Part shown: in pieces, positions 12,901 through 24,911 of the stretch
Numbering within the stretch: position 1 is the first letter of the stretch
How the letters are laid out: every line of letters begins with the position of its first letter
Source: Podarcis liolepis
Lineage: Eukaryota
Reading direction: 5' to 3' (one strand)
DNA: 64,000 bases
Assembly: GCA_965112155.1 (NCBI GenBank)
Contig: OZ218114.1
The notes under the pieces: model-generated
What the model was told of the DNA's origin: nothing
Databases searched by the model: none
Seen by the model: the letters and a program-made list of their open reading frames with translations, nothing else
Position numbers and translations under genes: made by a program

Positions 12901-15900
12901 AAAGAAACCAGAACTGATATGCCTCAGCCATCTCCTAAATTCCACCATACAACTCAAATAATGTTACAGCTGGTTGCCTATTGTCTCTGTTGGGTTTTTG
13001 TTTTTTGTTTTTTTTGCATATTGAAGAATTTACATTTTCAACAAGCCTTTTGAGTCTGTATCTGTATTGGATTTCAAACTTTTATTGTTAATCGCTTCAG
13101 GATGTTTCATGGGTAGCAACAAACAAAAAGGCAGGCAGACATTTCAGGGAGTTTTTGTACATGATGCCCATGTTGTAATGGAATCAAAGTGGAGCTCTCT
13201 TCTGCCCACTCTTCCCTTAAACGTGGGCTCAGATAATTTTTCATCTGGGCATTTCTGTCAGTACTTATTTTATATGGCTAACATTTGCTTTACTGCCTTC
13301 TAGATTTATCCATTCTGAAAAGTTCCGGTGGATGAATGGAAGCTGCTGAATGGAATTAGTCAGCCATCCACCTTCAGAGATGGCTGATCTAAGCAAGAGC
13401 AAGCTAAGAATAGTGCCTCTCATGGTATGATATGGTACCAGATGCTGTACTCTGTTCTTAAACCCATTCATTATCCCTCCTTGCTGTAGTGTTTCATTCA
13501 TTCACCTGTAATTATTCTTTCATGCTATGAAAGTGACAGAAAAGTTCCTTTAGTAGACTGTCCCCAAACTCAGCTTTTTATGCAATTGTAATACATGCAC
13601 AACCGCCTTCCCCAAACATCTGCTGTAGATGTGGTGGACCTAGCTAGCTGGCTCCGATGGGAGTTATAATCTCAAACACCCAGAGCCGGAGGGCTCCAGG
13701 TTGGGGAAACCTTTGGTGCACATTTTTAGAAACTGATGTCCTTTTATTGGCAGCTAAATCAGCAATAAAAATAGCAGAGCCAACTTTAGCAGGCTGGATG
13801 AAATGTTCTTAATGGGTGTGCCCTTTCGTGACAGTGGGGAGGCACAGCTGAGGAAACAGGAAAGATCAAATGATACTTGCAGCAACTTTTTCATGGGAGA
13901 CAGAAAAGGGCCTCCTTTCCACGAGTGTTTTTAATCCCATATAGAATTTACATTTTGCAAACACAGTTCTGCTGCTCAGAACCCTTCACCAGTCAAGCGT
14001 GTGGCCTACACTACAGAATGCTCAGGACATTAGTCTCAGCTATGCCAAATCTGAAACAAAGGTGCCCTCTAGTGGTGCACATTTTTTCCTCTTCATACAT
14101 TATTTTTCTAGTTCTTAGGGCTGAGCATAAATGACCTCCCATAATTCTCCACTCTTATTTGCAGGCAGCAGACTTGGGAGTGGGGGGCATTTTGTGGAAT
14201 ATTTCTGTGTGCACATGCACACAGAAATTCTACAGTTCAGAGGCAGGAAAAAATGAAGAAGAAACTCCAAATTTTTATCATAATAACATCCTCATAAATT
14301 TCTGCTCCAATCTACTTGGTATGCAGCCTTCAAATAACAAAAACAATAGAAGCATGAAAAAGTTGTTTTAAAAGAAGCCTTGAGTACCCAACAATTCCTA
14401 CACAGATTTTTAAAAAAACAGACACTGCAGCTGCTATACTTGCAGGTTTCTGATATATACTGTATTTGCATCTCAAGCATACATGCCATCTGCACCTGGC
14501 TTCTAAAATACTATCTGTTGCAGAGCCCAATTCCCCTCCCTCTCTTGCTCTCATCTTCATGCTTCTAGCCCTGCTGTTCCTTATGCCCAGACTAGTCTTG
14601 CCTCCCCTGCAATCTCCCTCTTCTTATCTGCTTTCCCCCCTTGCATCCTTTCCTAGACTATCCTACCCTTACCTACTCTATAGCTACTGGGCTCTCCCAA
14701 GCCTATCCAAACAGTATAAAACTGTCTCCACCATCACTACCATAGATCACTACTCTGTCATTCTACAGTAGGTCTTTGATATTCAAGAAAGTGGTTAATG
14801 TAACAAGTTGCTGTTGGGTTTTTTTTATTAAAAAAATACAAGTGCTTGTAAAAACTGCAGATGGCAAGCACTACCTTAAAAGAGGCATCCCCCCTCTTCT
14901 CTCGCATGCCTCCTATGCGTGCAATATCTGAAAACAAATTATGCTTCTTGCTTCAGAAATATTGACTTTCCCATATGTAGATTTAATCAACAATTTTATC
15001 AACATGTATGAAATAGAACTCAGGGCAGGGCTATGAGGACAGACTTCCTTGCTTCACACCGAGTTATATGGGCAACATAAGTGGGCAGCAACCCTTGGGC
15101 ATTTAATTAGTGTTACTATGAAATTCAGGAATAGCCTTGGACACAGATAATGGAGGGGGGCAGGGGGCATTTGCCCCCACCCATAATCAAGTAAATCAGT
15201 AAAAATACTAAACTAACCAAGGTTCTGCCCCCTCCTAACCTAAAGCCTATCCCCCCCCCAACCATAAATCCTGGCTATGCCCATGGTAATAGCATTTGCA
15301 AGGCTGCTCATCTGTGCCAAAAAAATCTCTGGAAAAGCAACTTGTGGTGAAGCCACCAAAGAATCTGTGTGTGAAATAGCTAATTTGACCCTTGCGCACA
15401 GGCAGCATGTGACCCAAGCTGTCTAAAAATGCTACCACTTTGAGAGTGAATAAGACACACAAAGGTTGGGGCCATGGCTTTCCCCAGCACAGCTCTCGTT
15501 TCCTGTTTTCCTAAACCAGTAACAGATGATGCTGGACCAGCTAAAAAAGAAAAGTTGAGAATGATTAAAACCTTTTTTAAAAAAGCAAATGCATCTGACT
15601 GCTTCATGAAATGTAGTTAAAAACTGGGGGAACAGCCAACGGCTATCATTCTACTGGCTAACACTTCCCTGGCAGACACTGCTTAGCTTTGTTCAGGCTG
15701 CTTGTAGTCATTTATCTGGCGTTGAACTCCCTATGCAAATGGCTGTAGTTTTCCAGAGAATTTTGAGCCTTGCAGAACTTAGCCAGCAGGCATTTCTCAA
15801 AGGCTGCTAGCTAGGAAGGAAGGAGTCACAGAATAATGCTGACCAATTGACAGGGAAAGGCCAGCAGAAATGTAAAAAGGACTACAATGGTTGAAAAATG

Positions 15901-16350
15901 CTAGGATTCCTTTCCAGAAAACTGGCTGCCTGAAGTGTTTATACTGGCAAAGCAAAATCATAGCAGCATTCACTTTTATGGTTGTTTCATTCCCATGCCA
16001 CACACATTCTTCTCAAGGCTTCTTTTCATTCTTTAAGTTCCTGGTAGCTTCTGGGTATTGATTTTAATTTTATATTGTGGTTTAGCTACTTTTGATGCAA
16101 AATAAGTAGAACCCCAAGCATCATATTAACAATGCCAGTTTCTAATGAGGGTACAGTTGCTTTGTAAGCATTACATGTCTGCTGATTTCATGAAAGATGG
16201 GAGGTGGGCAATTATTTATCTTCAGAGAAGCAAGGGGGGGGACCCTATCCAAACTAAATAGCAGACTGTGATCTTAGGTCTGCTATAGCTCCACAGATGT
16301 GCACCGTGCATTTCCTATATCCACCCTCAGGCATGTTTTGATGCCTGTTA

Positions 16351-16439
16351 CATAGCTGTCAACTTTTCCCTTTTTTAAAGGGGAATTCCCTTATTCTGAA
16401 AAGGATTCCTTGCAAGAAAAGGAAAAGTTGACAGCTATG
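16351..16439. mobile_element. Short hAT-type MITE (TIR CATAGCTGTCAAC)
   Basis: Terminal inverted repeats; 8-bp TSD GCCTGTTA/GCCTGTTT; relatives at 24469, 54429, 56655. Confidence 0.8.
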
Positions 16440-17394
16440 GCCTGTTTACATTGCAATGTAGAAATTTCCTGTGATAGGAGAAACTAACCTTGGTATCCCC
16501 AGTGCCATAACTTGCAAATAAAGAAATGCTAGTGAGATTGATTAACTTTTTAAAAATAGCAATAAAAATTGAAATGCATCTAACTACTTAATGAAAAAGG
16601 TACCTTTAGCACAGCAATTGGGAAACCAAGCAAGAGGCATCACTCAACTACCGGTAACTACCACTTCCTTGGTGCAACCTGGCAACTGTTGCCTAGCACT
16701 GTTTTGACTGTTGCTCATGGGCAGCAATCTTGGGCATTATTGTTGCCTTTGCTTTTAAGCAACACATGGCTGATTCACACATGCATGCTCATCCCTTGCT
16801 CATCAAGACGCGACTTGCATGTGGGACTGTATCATCACAGATCAAACACAATGCACTTAAGTAGAGGAATTTCACACATTCAGCAATGTGTGCTGACTAA
16901 TTCAATGGTGGTCAGGAGGACTCAGCCCACTGAAGTAGATGTGCACACATGTTTAGTAACCCTGGCCATCTTAATAGCATGGAGTTATAGTCCAGCAAAC
17001 AGTTCACCAGCAAAACATGTGTATTCCTTGATAAACAACATACAAGGTTGCATTCAGACATGCACAAGAGAAACTTGACAGCAGTGCAATAATACCCATG
17101 TCCAGGATAACGGGAAAAGTAACTGAAAATACAATGAAGGTTTGTGGCTGTTTGTACACTAAGGTTTGTAAACTAAAAGTTACTAGAGTTTTGTCAGTCA
17201 TCAAATTTGAAAGGTGCCCAAGGCTATCTTGATACCAATTCCAGGATCCTACTACCCTACATTCCAACTGGAATCATCTGGAGAGGGAATTTCCCTTATA
17301 GGGGATTCTCATTCATATGTGGGTTAACGCAGTGTTTCCCAACCGGTGTTCCGCGGCACACTAGTGCCGCGAGACGTTGCCTGGTGTGCCGTGG

Positions 17395-18067
17395 GAGGGA
17401 GGCGGGCGAGTCGGGCGGCGAGAGGCGGGGCGGCGGCGGCATCTCCTGCTGGATGCAAATCCAAACATGGCGGGCGCCTCCCTCGCTCCTTTGTAGGCGG
17501 ACCATCGAGAGAGAAAGAAAAGGAGGCGAAAGAGCGAGAGAAGGCGCCTGCGCGGAAAGAGGAGCGAGCAGTGCGTCTGCGCGCCGCGGCGCCCGAGTGC
17601 AGTGAAATTCCGTGAAGAGGGGAGGGGGGGCTGGAAAAGAGAGAAAAGAAAGATTTTTCATTTTTTTTAAAAAAAAAAGGAAGAGGGAAAGAAGAGAAAA
17701 AGCGGCAGAAGCTGAGGGGAAGGTTTCCGTGAGGGAGAGAGAGAGAGAAACACGGGGCTGGCGGGACCCCTCCTCTTCCGCCACGCGTCGCCCGCCACCG
17801 CCTCAGAATCTCCTCAGGAGCGGCGGCGGCTGCTCCCCCTCGCCCCCTTCCTCCCCCCCAGCCCCCTCCCAACCCCCGGACGAGGGACGCGAGGCGGCGC
17901 CGCTGAGAGGACGGGAAGGCCCCCGGCGGCGGGGTCGGCTCGAGCAAGGAGGGGCGAGCGCTAGCCGGCTGGCTCTAGCCCGGCAAGTGGAGGAGGAGGA
18001 GGAGGAGCACGCCGTCGCTTCCACAGCGGCCGCCCCACACTCCCCTCCCCGGGCACCGGCGGGGAGA
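17395..18067 (+). promoter_or_regulatory. Captured CpG island/5'UTR, inferred to come from UBE2G1
   Basis: CpG-rich sequence running directly into the UBE2G1 ATG; YY1-type AACATGGCG (~17464-17472) and NRF1-type GCGCCTGCGC (17544-17553) motifs. Confidence 0.7.
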
Positions 18068-18113
18068 ATGACGGAGCTCCAGTCCGCGCTGCTACTGCGG
18101 AGACAGCTGGCAG
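18068..18113 (+). pseudogene. UBE2G1: Orphan copy of UBE2G1 coding exon 1 (46 nt) with its splice donor
   Basis: Encodes MTELQSALLLRRQLA+G, the conserved UBE2G1 N-terminus, followed by GTCGGT; no further UBE2G1 exons found in the window. Confidence 0.88.
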
Positions 18114-18425
18114 GTCGGTCTGTCCGTCGGTCGGGGCAAAACACACCACAGCGCAGGCAGAGGCAGGCAGGCCCGTCTCTCCCTGCCCCCCCTCGGACCT
18201 GGCCGGCCTGGGGTTTGCACCCCAAACATTCATGTCCACCCCAGCTACACAAGCCCACACCTTGCTCTCAGTTCGATCTGTCAAATAACTCACCTATCAT
18301 TCACATAAAGAACCTAGTCTATCCTCAAACGTCAGAATGCACCTCCTCTCTAGCTTCCCCCACTTCATCTAGGCACTTTCAGCCCTTACTTAACCCACCC
18401 CAGCCTGCTTACTCTTCCTTCATTT

Positions 18426-18551
18426 GCTATAAAAACTAAATACAGAGAGAGACTGAGAGCTGTTGATGAAGAGCTACGTGTGTGTCTTTCTTCGATTCCA
18501 GCCAGAATATCAGCTTTGTGTTCAGCCAAACAGGCCCAGGTTGCGCACTGA
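18426..18551 (+). pseudogene. C-terminal remnant of hAT (Charlie/Buster-like) transposase
   Basis: [41 protein letters not shown] fits the K-T-K-Y-R-x-R-L...LRV.LS...Q...H* end of Charlie/Buster transposases; stop overlaps AATAAA (18551-18556). Confidence 0.85.
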
Positions 18552-21500
18552 ATAAAGTATTTTATAATTTTTCATATTTCTGTTTACTTACTATTTCATA
18601 ATAAAGTAATTATAAAATACTTTCTTTGTGTTTATTTGATTCCTATTAAAGAGAGTTACTTTATATATATATACTTTAAACATTTTCTAATGGTGGTGTG
18701 CCTCAAGATTTTTTTCATGAAACAAGTGTGCCTTTGCCCAAAAAAGGTTGGGAAACACTGGGTTAACGGATTGTCCGTATTCAATCGCTCCTTTTCTATC
18801 CATTAAGTGCAGGAAGCAACTTCTCTGTTTGAGCCATTCACATAACATGGTTGCCAGTTCTCACGTGTCTGAAAATCACGCAGTGAGAATTGCTGTCATC
18901 AGATTCCATTACAGCTATTTGTGCTGAATTGCACATATAGGAAAAAATATGCTCTGAACACCCTGCATGTCACACAAAGTAATACACTCTGGTAAGGAGT
19001 ATAAACACCCATTTCCTTATGCCCTGACCACAAGGTTCCAAGTGGCCTAGCCTGCTTTCTAGTTACTCAAGCAAGACCTCATGTCTTTTTGGCTAATCTT
19101 TGCCTCAGAGTCAAATTTGATGTTACTTTTTCCCTGTGGTTAGCATCCACATCATTTTTAGGTTAAAAAAAATACTTGGCACAAACCCCTTTTTCTTACA
19201 ACTGGATATGAATGTGGGAAGTGAGGTTTAACCCTTCCACGGAATCCCCCCAAATCCCTGTGTGCTAGATTAGAAGAAGAAAAAGCTCTGTTGGTCTCTG
19301 CTTTTCAGCCCCTTCTCTCTGCCCTTTCTTTCCTCCACCCCTTGTGTTCTCTGCCTCTTGAAGAGAAGAGTCCCATCAAAACTGATCTTTATTTTCACCA
19401 TAAAAGTTGGTCTGTTTGTGGGGATTCTATTGTCTTCAGTGCCATTCCTTCCAAGTTAGAATGTTCACAGACATTCCATGACATCACAGCAACTCAGCCA
19501 CCCACAGCCAGAGGCTTCAGACATCCACATGCATACAACCCAACACCACCACAAATATCACCTTACAATATAATTTAAAAAAATTGTGGCCTCATATGGT
19601 AACACTGTTCCACTCAGTACACGATAACAGACTGCTGCTATTACTAAGTATCTTTTCTGTCACATGTCAAATAACAAAACAAAACAAAACAATTTTTCCC
19701 CGGTCTTATTCCAATTCACAGCTTCTTCCTTGGAGCAGAAAACCGGAGGAGTTGTAGCATTCAGGTTAAAAACTGCAGGCCTCAACTAAACATGTCAACA
19801 AATAATGCATTGATTGTTTGGTTTGGACATTTCCAGGAATTACAGCATGGAATTCAATAAGACTACTTTTGACACCACTGTACAAACATAGCCCCAGTCA
19901 CTTTGTTACTTTTTCCAGTGTGGGTCTCTCATCACTTGAGGCAGAAACTCACTGAAACATGGAGGAAAGGATCTCAGGGAACTTTATTACATTTCCTGAA
20001 ACCGACATCTTCTTCAGTCCCTCATTTAGTATTGTGCTTCCAAAAACAGATATCAGGCCCTTTTTTGACACTGGAGGAAGTCTTGTCAGTCCTGGCTCAT
20101 TTAGAGGTCAAAGTTTAAAAATTCCACTTAAGGATCAATGGTTAAAAAAAAAATCAAAATCAAAGTATAATGTATTCGATATCCGATGGCAAAGGAGGAA
20201 TTTCATTTGTTTCCCTCTGTCTTAGGACTGATGGTAGAAAATCAGGATTAGATGCTGCTTCCAGAAGACTGTTGCTCATGAAGATTTGCTTTCAGTTATT
20301 TCCATCACTTGTGTTTGTCCTGTTGCTAGACTTTAAAATCTTTTCAAAATTGTACTGTAAAACACGAAAGGAACAAGAAATAGTAATAAGAAAAAGAGGC
20401 GAAAGGCATGCAGAGACTTACTTTCCATCTTCACTGTTCAGGAAATCACATTCCGCACACACAAAAATTGCATTTGGAAGCTCTTGTCAAGTTCACGTTA
20501 CGCTTACATTGCAATTGTGCATTCAACAAATTTATAAATATGTAACAGATAAACAAGACTTGTAAATAGCCACACACCGGTCTATTGATTTCTATGCAAA
20601 AGTATATAAATGGGATAAGCATCCTCCCATGGATATGAATGGGTTCAAAATTGTGCCTTGGCCAAATCATGTTGCTTTCATGGATAGGTGAGCTAGCAAT
20701 TTTTTGTGTACTTTGGTACTTTTTGTGGACATTCACAAGGCTGGGAAGAATATAAGAGTTAATGCTATCAGGCTCAAACCGTACATGACATTAATCACCC
20801 ATGTAGCAGAGAAAGTGGGCACAGCAGTTCTTCTGTCTCTTCCATTATACTAGAACACAGGGTCATCTAATTATTAAACTGATTAGCTGTCAGTTCAGGA
20901 CTGAAAAGAGAAAGTGCTGCTTTGCATAATACATAATTGCTAACTTCACTAGATTTGCTGCCATAATATCTAGTGATGTCCACTGAGTTAGACTTTTTTT
21001 AAAAAGGGCCTTTAAACGGGATTAATCAAATTCATCAAAGAGGTCTAAAAATGCCCATTACTGAAGTTGGCTATATGGAATTAATGTTCAGAGGCACTAT
21101 CACATTTTACCTTAAGTCCTATTTCAAGTCTTCAAGCGGAAGAGTCTGCACTGATGTAGCCAAATGGCATAATCCAAGCACAAAGTTTGGGGGAGTCCTG
21201 AGATTTGCAGCAGCATGAACAACAACAACAACCCTAATGTTGGGGAGGGGACATTCCATATTAGTTTGAAGTGGATACAAGTATGTTTGCTCCTTAGAGG
21301 AAAATAGCAGCTGCTGGGGTGGGCAAATTTGGATTAAGAAAATAGTGGCAGGGGAAGGGTTAAGTCTTCATCTCCCAGTGCCACCACCCTGATCTGAATC
21401 CCTCCCCCTTCCTAAAAAAGCAACAACACAAAACCATTAGGATATCCAACCACAGATCTCCAGGTGTCACTACTAGCCTCTCAAAAGTGCACTGATGCAT

Positions 21501-22621
21501 TGGCTTCTACCACAACAGATTTATACAGAATGTGTTATTATGTGTTTCAGACTGGTGGTATTTTTCTACTCCCCATTACATTCACTAACCTTGCACAGTA
21601 ATCTCATCTGCATCAGGACTTCTAGGAGTGCAGCTGTGCTGGTCTTCAACACCCTTGCTGGCAGCAGAAAGCATAAAAGAGGTAATAACGTAACAGTAGC
21701 TGGCCACCTATTTCCTCCAAAATTAAGTGACCAGTGTTTAATCTTTCCCTCAAGGCATATGAGCAAACCTGGCACAGAGGTCTATTGTACAGCAGCATAT
21801 AAGTGCCTTCTTGGCTCTACAGATGCAGATGTGTCTATAAATTTTTGCTTTAGCAATCTTTCCAAAAAAGAGGGGTTAGGGATTGTCGCCATTCCTATGG
21901 TGAACGCATTGCCTGCACAGATACTGCAAGTTCTTTATATTTAGGTTCTTGGAATGAGTCTTTTTGCTTAACGTGTTACATCCAACATCCGAAACATATT
22001 GCTTTGTTGGTTTTTGATGTCATTTGATGTCGATGTCCTGTGTTGGGAGGCCTTGGGTATAAGAAAGCTAATCAGTTGTTGCAAAAGTAGGCTGGGTGGA
22101 TAAGAGCAAAGCACAATAGAGGAACAGCCCCCTCCTTGCTGGAAAACTGATGGCTTTCAGGATGAGAAAAGATGGATACTAGGCAGCTGGTGAAAACTAG
22201 GTACTGATGGTCACCTGTGACACCTGTAGTATTTTTAGCCTGGAGCTGGAAAAACCATCACTGAATAACTCACAAGCTCCATCTGGGCTTAGGCAATTAG
22301 CTTAAAAGACAGGAGTTTTGATTTAAGTGCATGTTGTCACAAGACAGAAATACTGTCAAGTTGTAGATTATTAGGGAATGATGTCTGTCTGTCAAGGAAT
22401 GGAAGCAAGATTGCACAAGGCCATTTTCCTTAGCTGAGTAAGAGCTCTACATATATAAATTCCCTCACATTCCACTTTCAGAAAAAGGAAAACCTTTATC
22501 ATAAAAACACAAACACTGCCAAATGCAGAAATCACATTCCTTTGCCTACAAGGCGCGCATCCCTGTGTGCCAGAGCTAGTTCCAGTGTCCACTTAGCTCA
22601 ATAGCCAAAGCACTGTCTTCA

Positions 22622-22982
22622 TTAATAGCCATAGATCTCGTTTTCTACCCAGGCTGATTCTTTGCTTCGCCCCACTCGGTCATTGCACAGTTCGTATATG
22701 TCATTGGTGACAAATCCACTTTCGGTGCTGGCCAAAGTCACAAAGCCGCTCTCTGAGGTGTTGACAGCCATATTGTCATAGTCCCCAGAGAGGTCATCAG
22801 GAGTATCTTCTCCAGGACGGGCCCGGAAAGAAGAGTTCTTAATGTCTGGTCTGGTCCTAGCGAGATCTGTTTCTGACTGTTTTCTGATTACATTGTATAT
22901 CTCCAAACTGGGGCTGTTCTGTCTCTTGGGGGACAGCCAGGTATCCTGTTCCTTTGCGTTCATCTCCGTTTGCTCCCGTCTC
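22622..22982 (-). CDS. LAYN: Layilin last coding exon (cytoplasmic tail)
   Basis: RREQTEMNAKEQDTW...YNVIRKQSETDLARTRPD...ESGFVT...ESGFVTNDIYE...ESAWVENEIYGY*; acceptor ttctaag. Confidence 0.96.
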
Positions 22983-23058
22983 CTTAGAAGGGAAATAAAT
23001 AAAAAGATATTAGCTTCCTTTTATCTTCCACTGGACCACAAAACACTTACTAAGAAAC

Positions 23059-23091
23059 TAATCTAGTGGTGTTAGTGTAGAGAAAATGTGT

Positions 23092-23144
<53 letters not shown>

Positions 23145-23205
23145 GAGTCTGTGTGTGTGTGTTTGTGTATACACATATTTTCTCTGCACTAACACCACTA
23201 GATTA
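23059..23205. repeat. Fold-back inverted repeat enclosing (CA)n/(TG)n microsatellite
   Basis: TAATCTAGTGGTGTTAGTG...CACTAACACCACTAGATTA arms, centre CAGAGTCTG. Confidence 0.85.
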
Positions 23206-23828
23206 TGTGGTCTCATGGCCACATAAAGGGAAAGAATACTTCAGGTATGGTCAGATTTGTTTACTGTAGTATGTAGTGGCACAATCCAATCTGAACTTAG
23301 CAGTAGCAGGAAAAAGAAAGGTAATAATAACTGCAGGCAATAAAATAACTTCCTTTATCCAAAAGTAGAATTTTACCCTGGAAGCACATACAAGCTAGCA
23401 ACAGGAAGGACACCTAAAAGTGATAGCAGCAGATGTTTATGTGTATGCACATTTGTTAACTTAACATGCTCCTTTCTCAAAATAATGTTTATTCATTAAT
23501 TAAATCTATATCCCACCCTTCCTCCCAGAGGAGCCCAGGGCAGCAAACATCAACACGTTAAAACAATACAATTTGAAACAGAATAAAAATGAACATGTTT
23601 AAAGCATTTTAAAATAGTTTGAAAGCCACCAAAAACATTTCATTCCAGATGTGTGTAATAGTAATTTCACTGAGCTTCTTACAGCCTATTTCACATCCCT
23701 CCTCTTCCATTACAACCCTACTCCCAGTTTTGTACTACATTCATTCACACTGCCCCTTGGTCCTGACCAGATGCTGTCTATGACAGCGTATCATAAAGCT
23801 TCATGCTTTGCCCCATATTGTGACTTGC

Positions 23829-23931
23829 CTCTTTGCATAAAGCCAAAAGCTGAAAATGGCTGTGATGACCACGAGGAGAAGCAGAACAGGAATGCTGGGG
23901 ATTAAGAAGTAGGCAAGGCTCCAAACAGGCT
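23829..23931 (-). CDS. LAYN: Layilin transmembrane exon (GC donor)
   Basis: EPVWSLAYFLIPSIPVLLLLVVITAIFSFWLYAKR; 103 nt, phase 1 to 2; donor AG|GCAAGT. Confidence 0.92.
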
Positions 23932-24079
23932 CTGTTGAGGGGGAAAAGATACTCTAACTTTCAGTGGAAAAATTAACAGGCATTACTTTTTCATGCAGTT
24001 ATTGCGCTCCAGGTTCTCTGTGCATAATTTCCCCTTTTTCCTTTTAACTTTAGCAATGGGGGCAGGAAGAGAGGATATA

Positions 24080-24248
24080 CCGTATTTTTCGCTCTATAAC
24101 ACGCACCCGACCATAACACGCACATAGTTTTTAGAGGAGGAAAATCCGTAGGCATGCCACCCGTAGGCATTTCCTCCATAACACGCACAGACATTTCCCC
24201 TTACTTTCTAGGAGGAAAAAAGTGAGTGTTATGGTGCAAAAAATACAG
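24080..24248. mobile_element. Tc2/mariner-like MITE (TIR CCGTATTTTT)
   Basis: TA flanks; imperfect TIRs; same ends as 52861-53449. Confidence 0.75.
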
Positions 24249-24351
24249 TAATTAGCACAAGTATCAGGATGTTTTAACTATCTCTGCTGTGGTGTTCTCC
24301 AGGAAATCAAATGTTGCATTACAGTCTGTGGTAATGAATGACAGTGCCTAC

Positions 24352-24438
24352 CTTTAGCTTCTTTGAACGTTTTATTGGTTGCAACTTCAGGAATGGGTTC
24401 TTCTGGGGATGTGGGTATAAAGGTCTCTGTTGCAGCTC
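24352..24438 (-). CDS. LAYN: Layilin stalk exon
   Basis: GAATETFIPTSPEEPIPEVATNKTFKEAK (compare human ...KKTFKESR); AG/GT sites, phase 1-1. Confidence 0.88.
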
Positions 24439-24468
24439 CTAGGAAAGGAATCTGGCTATTACAACTCT

Positions 24469-24642
24469 CATAGCTGTCAACTTTCAGATTTGAAAATAAG
24501 GGATCAGCAGCCACGAAAATAAGGGATCAGCAGCTTCACCTGTCCTGGGGACAGTCTACGGGATATCTAACAACCCAGGACAGCAGCGGGAAGCAGCGCT
24601 GGAATAAGGGAATTTCCCACAAAAAAGGGGTTGACAGCTATG
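24469..24642. mobile_element. hAT-type MITE (TIR CATAGCTGTCAAC), long form
   Basis: TIRs; CAACTCT duplicated at the flanks; close relative at 54429-54606. Confidence 0.8.
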
Positions 24643-24869
24643 CAACTCTACAGGAGAATGGCTTCGTTGCACTCTACATTTTAAAGCAGTACAGTATCAT
24701 GCTACTTTAAGCAGTCATGGCTTTTTCCAGAGAATCCTGGGAACTGTAGTTTGTTAAGGGAGTTGCGGACAGTTGTTAAAAGTTGACTGGGGAACACTCT
24801 GGGAGCTGTAGCTGTTATTTGGAACAGAATCTATACCATGCACTCAAATTTTACTGATGTGAAATTTAC

Positions 24870-24911
24870 CTGCTTGAGAGGTATTAATTTCAGAGGCAGC
24901 TGTTGGCTTTT
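24870..24911 (-). CDS. LAYN: Layilin short stalk exon
   Basis: EKPTAASEINTSQA (compare human EKPAVPS...); acceptor ttgcag, donor GTAAAT; 42 nt, phase 1-1. Confidence 0.85.

Larger units (their letters stand above)
17330..18760 (+). mobile_element. Non-autonomous hAT (Charlie/Buster-like) transposon carrying a captured UBE2G1 5' genomic fragment (Pack-hAT)
   Basis: Perfect TIRs CAGTGTTTCCCAACC (17330-17344 / 18746-18760); identical 8-bp TSD GGTTAACG (17322-17329, 18761-18768); subterminal GTGTGCC motifs at both ends; transposase tail at 18426-18551. Confidence 0.92.

Noticed and set aside
17612-18439. 275-aa ORF as a real gene, or a functional UBE2G1 gene or processed retrocopy
   Set aside because: Only 15 codons match UBE2G1; the donor and intron are retained, later exons and a poly-A tail are absent, and it lies within TIRs and a TSD. 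The upstream frame starts at GTG and is GC-rich filler.
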